Positions 63,516 through 64,000 of a stretch of 64,000 bases of DNA are shown piece by piece (the stretch's first letter is position 1; each line of letters starts with the position of its first letter). Source of the stretch: Escherichia coli (GTDB lineage: Bacteria > Pseudomonadota > Gammaproteobacteria > Enterobacterales > Enterobacteriaceae); assembly GCF_044647545.1 (NCBI RefSeq), contig NZ_CP172818.1; one strand, written 5' to 3'. Made by a program: the position numbers and the translations under genes. Below the pieces are notes generated by a model. That model did no database searches. It was not told the DNA's origin and saw only the letters and a list, made by a program, of their open reading frames with translations.

Positions 63516-64000
63516 TGAATGCTATCTGGATTGCCGTTGCCGCCGTGAGCCTGCTGGGCCTGGCGTTTGGCGCCATTCTGGGTTATGCCTCCCGCCGTTT
63601 TGCGGTGGAAGACGATCCGGTCGTTGAGAAAATTGACGAAATCTTACCGCAGAGCCAGTGTGGTCAGTGCGGTTATCCCGGCTGTCGCCCCTACGCGGAA
63701 GCCATCAGCTGTAACGGTGAAAAAATCAACCGTTGCGCCCCAGGTGGCGAAGCTGTGATGCTAAAAATTGCTGAGTTGCTTAATGTCGAGCCACAGCCGC
63801 TGGATGGCGAAGCGCAAGAGCTAACGCCTGCGCAGATGGTGGCGGTTATTGATGAAAATAACTGTATTGGCTGCACTAAATGTATTCAGGCGTGTCCGGT
63901 AGACGCCATCGTTGGCGCTACCCGCGCCATGCATACGGTAATGAGTGATCTCTGTACGGGCTGCAATTTATGTGTTGATCCGTGCCCGACGCACTGCATC
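63515..64000 (+). CDS. rsxB: Rnf/Rsx complex subunit B (ferredoxin-like), 5' partial; continues beyond window
   Basis: Start ATG overlaps rsxA stop (TAATG); manual translation [29 protein letters not shown]...CGQCGYPGC...; no stop within window. Confidence 0.9.
   Translation, partial: MNAIWIAVAAVSLLGLAFGAILGYASRRFAVEDDPVVEKIDEILPQSQCGQCGYPGCRPYAEAISCNGEKINRCAPGGEAVMLKIAELLNVEPQPLDGEAQELTPAQMVAVIDENNCIGCTKCIQACPVDAIVGATRAMHTVMSDLCTGCNLCVDPCPTHCI

Overview
This window reads as a contiguous stretch of an Escherichia coli K-12-type chromosome near the replication terminus. Gene identities are from my recall of the translated ORFs and local sequence motifs; no database search was run. Bases 1 to about 14,200 are the right-hand part of a defective lambdoid prophage (Qin-like): spanin/endolysin/pinholin lysis cassette, cspB/cspF, Q antiterminator, relBE-hokD toxin-antitoxin, flxA, dicC/dicA, the DicF sRNA with dicB and ydfD, a degenerate IS2-like fragment and a start-less integrase. 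The rest is core chromosome: rspBA, ynfA-D, speG, the ynfEFGH-dmsD reductase operon, clcB, ynfK, mlc, ynfL/M, asr, ydgU, ydgD, mdtJI, tqsA, pntAB, ydgH, ydgI, folM, ydgC, rstAB, a TerB site with tus, fumC, fumA, manA, ydgA, uidR, hdhA, malI/malXY, add, ydgJ, blr, cnu, ydgK, rsxA and the start of rsxB. I saw no rRNA, tRNA or CRISPR array. I do not find convincing evidence of a previously undescribed system. Two sequence-level anomalies deserve a second look: a ~60-nt poly(A) tract lying in-frame inside the IS2-like remnant (12390-12450), and an apparent deletion of most of the uidA-uidB-uidC glucuronide operon, leaving only a 62-codon uidA 5' fragment next to ydgA. Some coordinates of true start codons are my inference from the ORF track.
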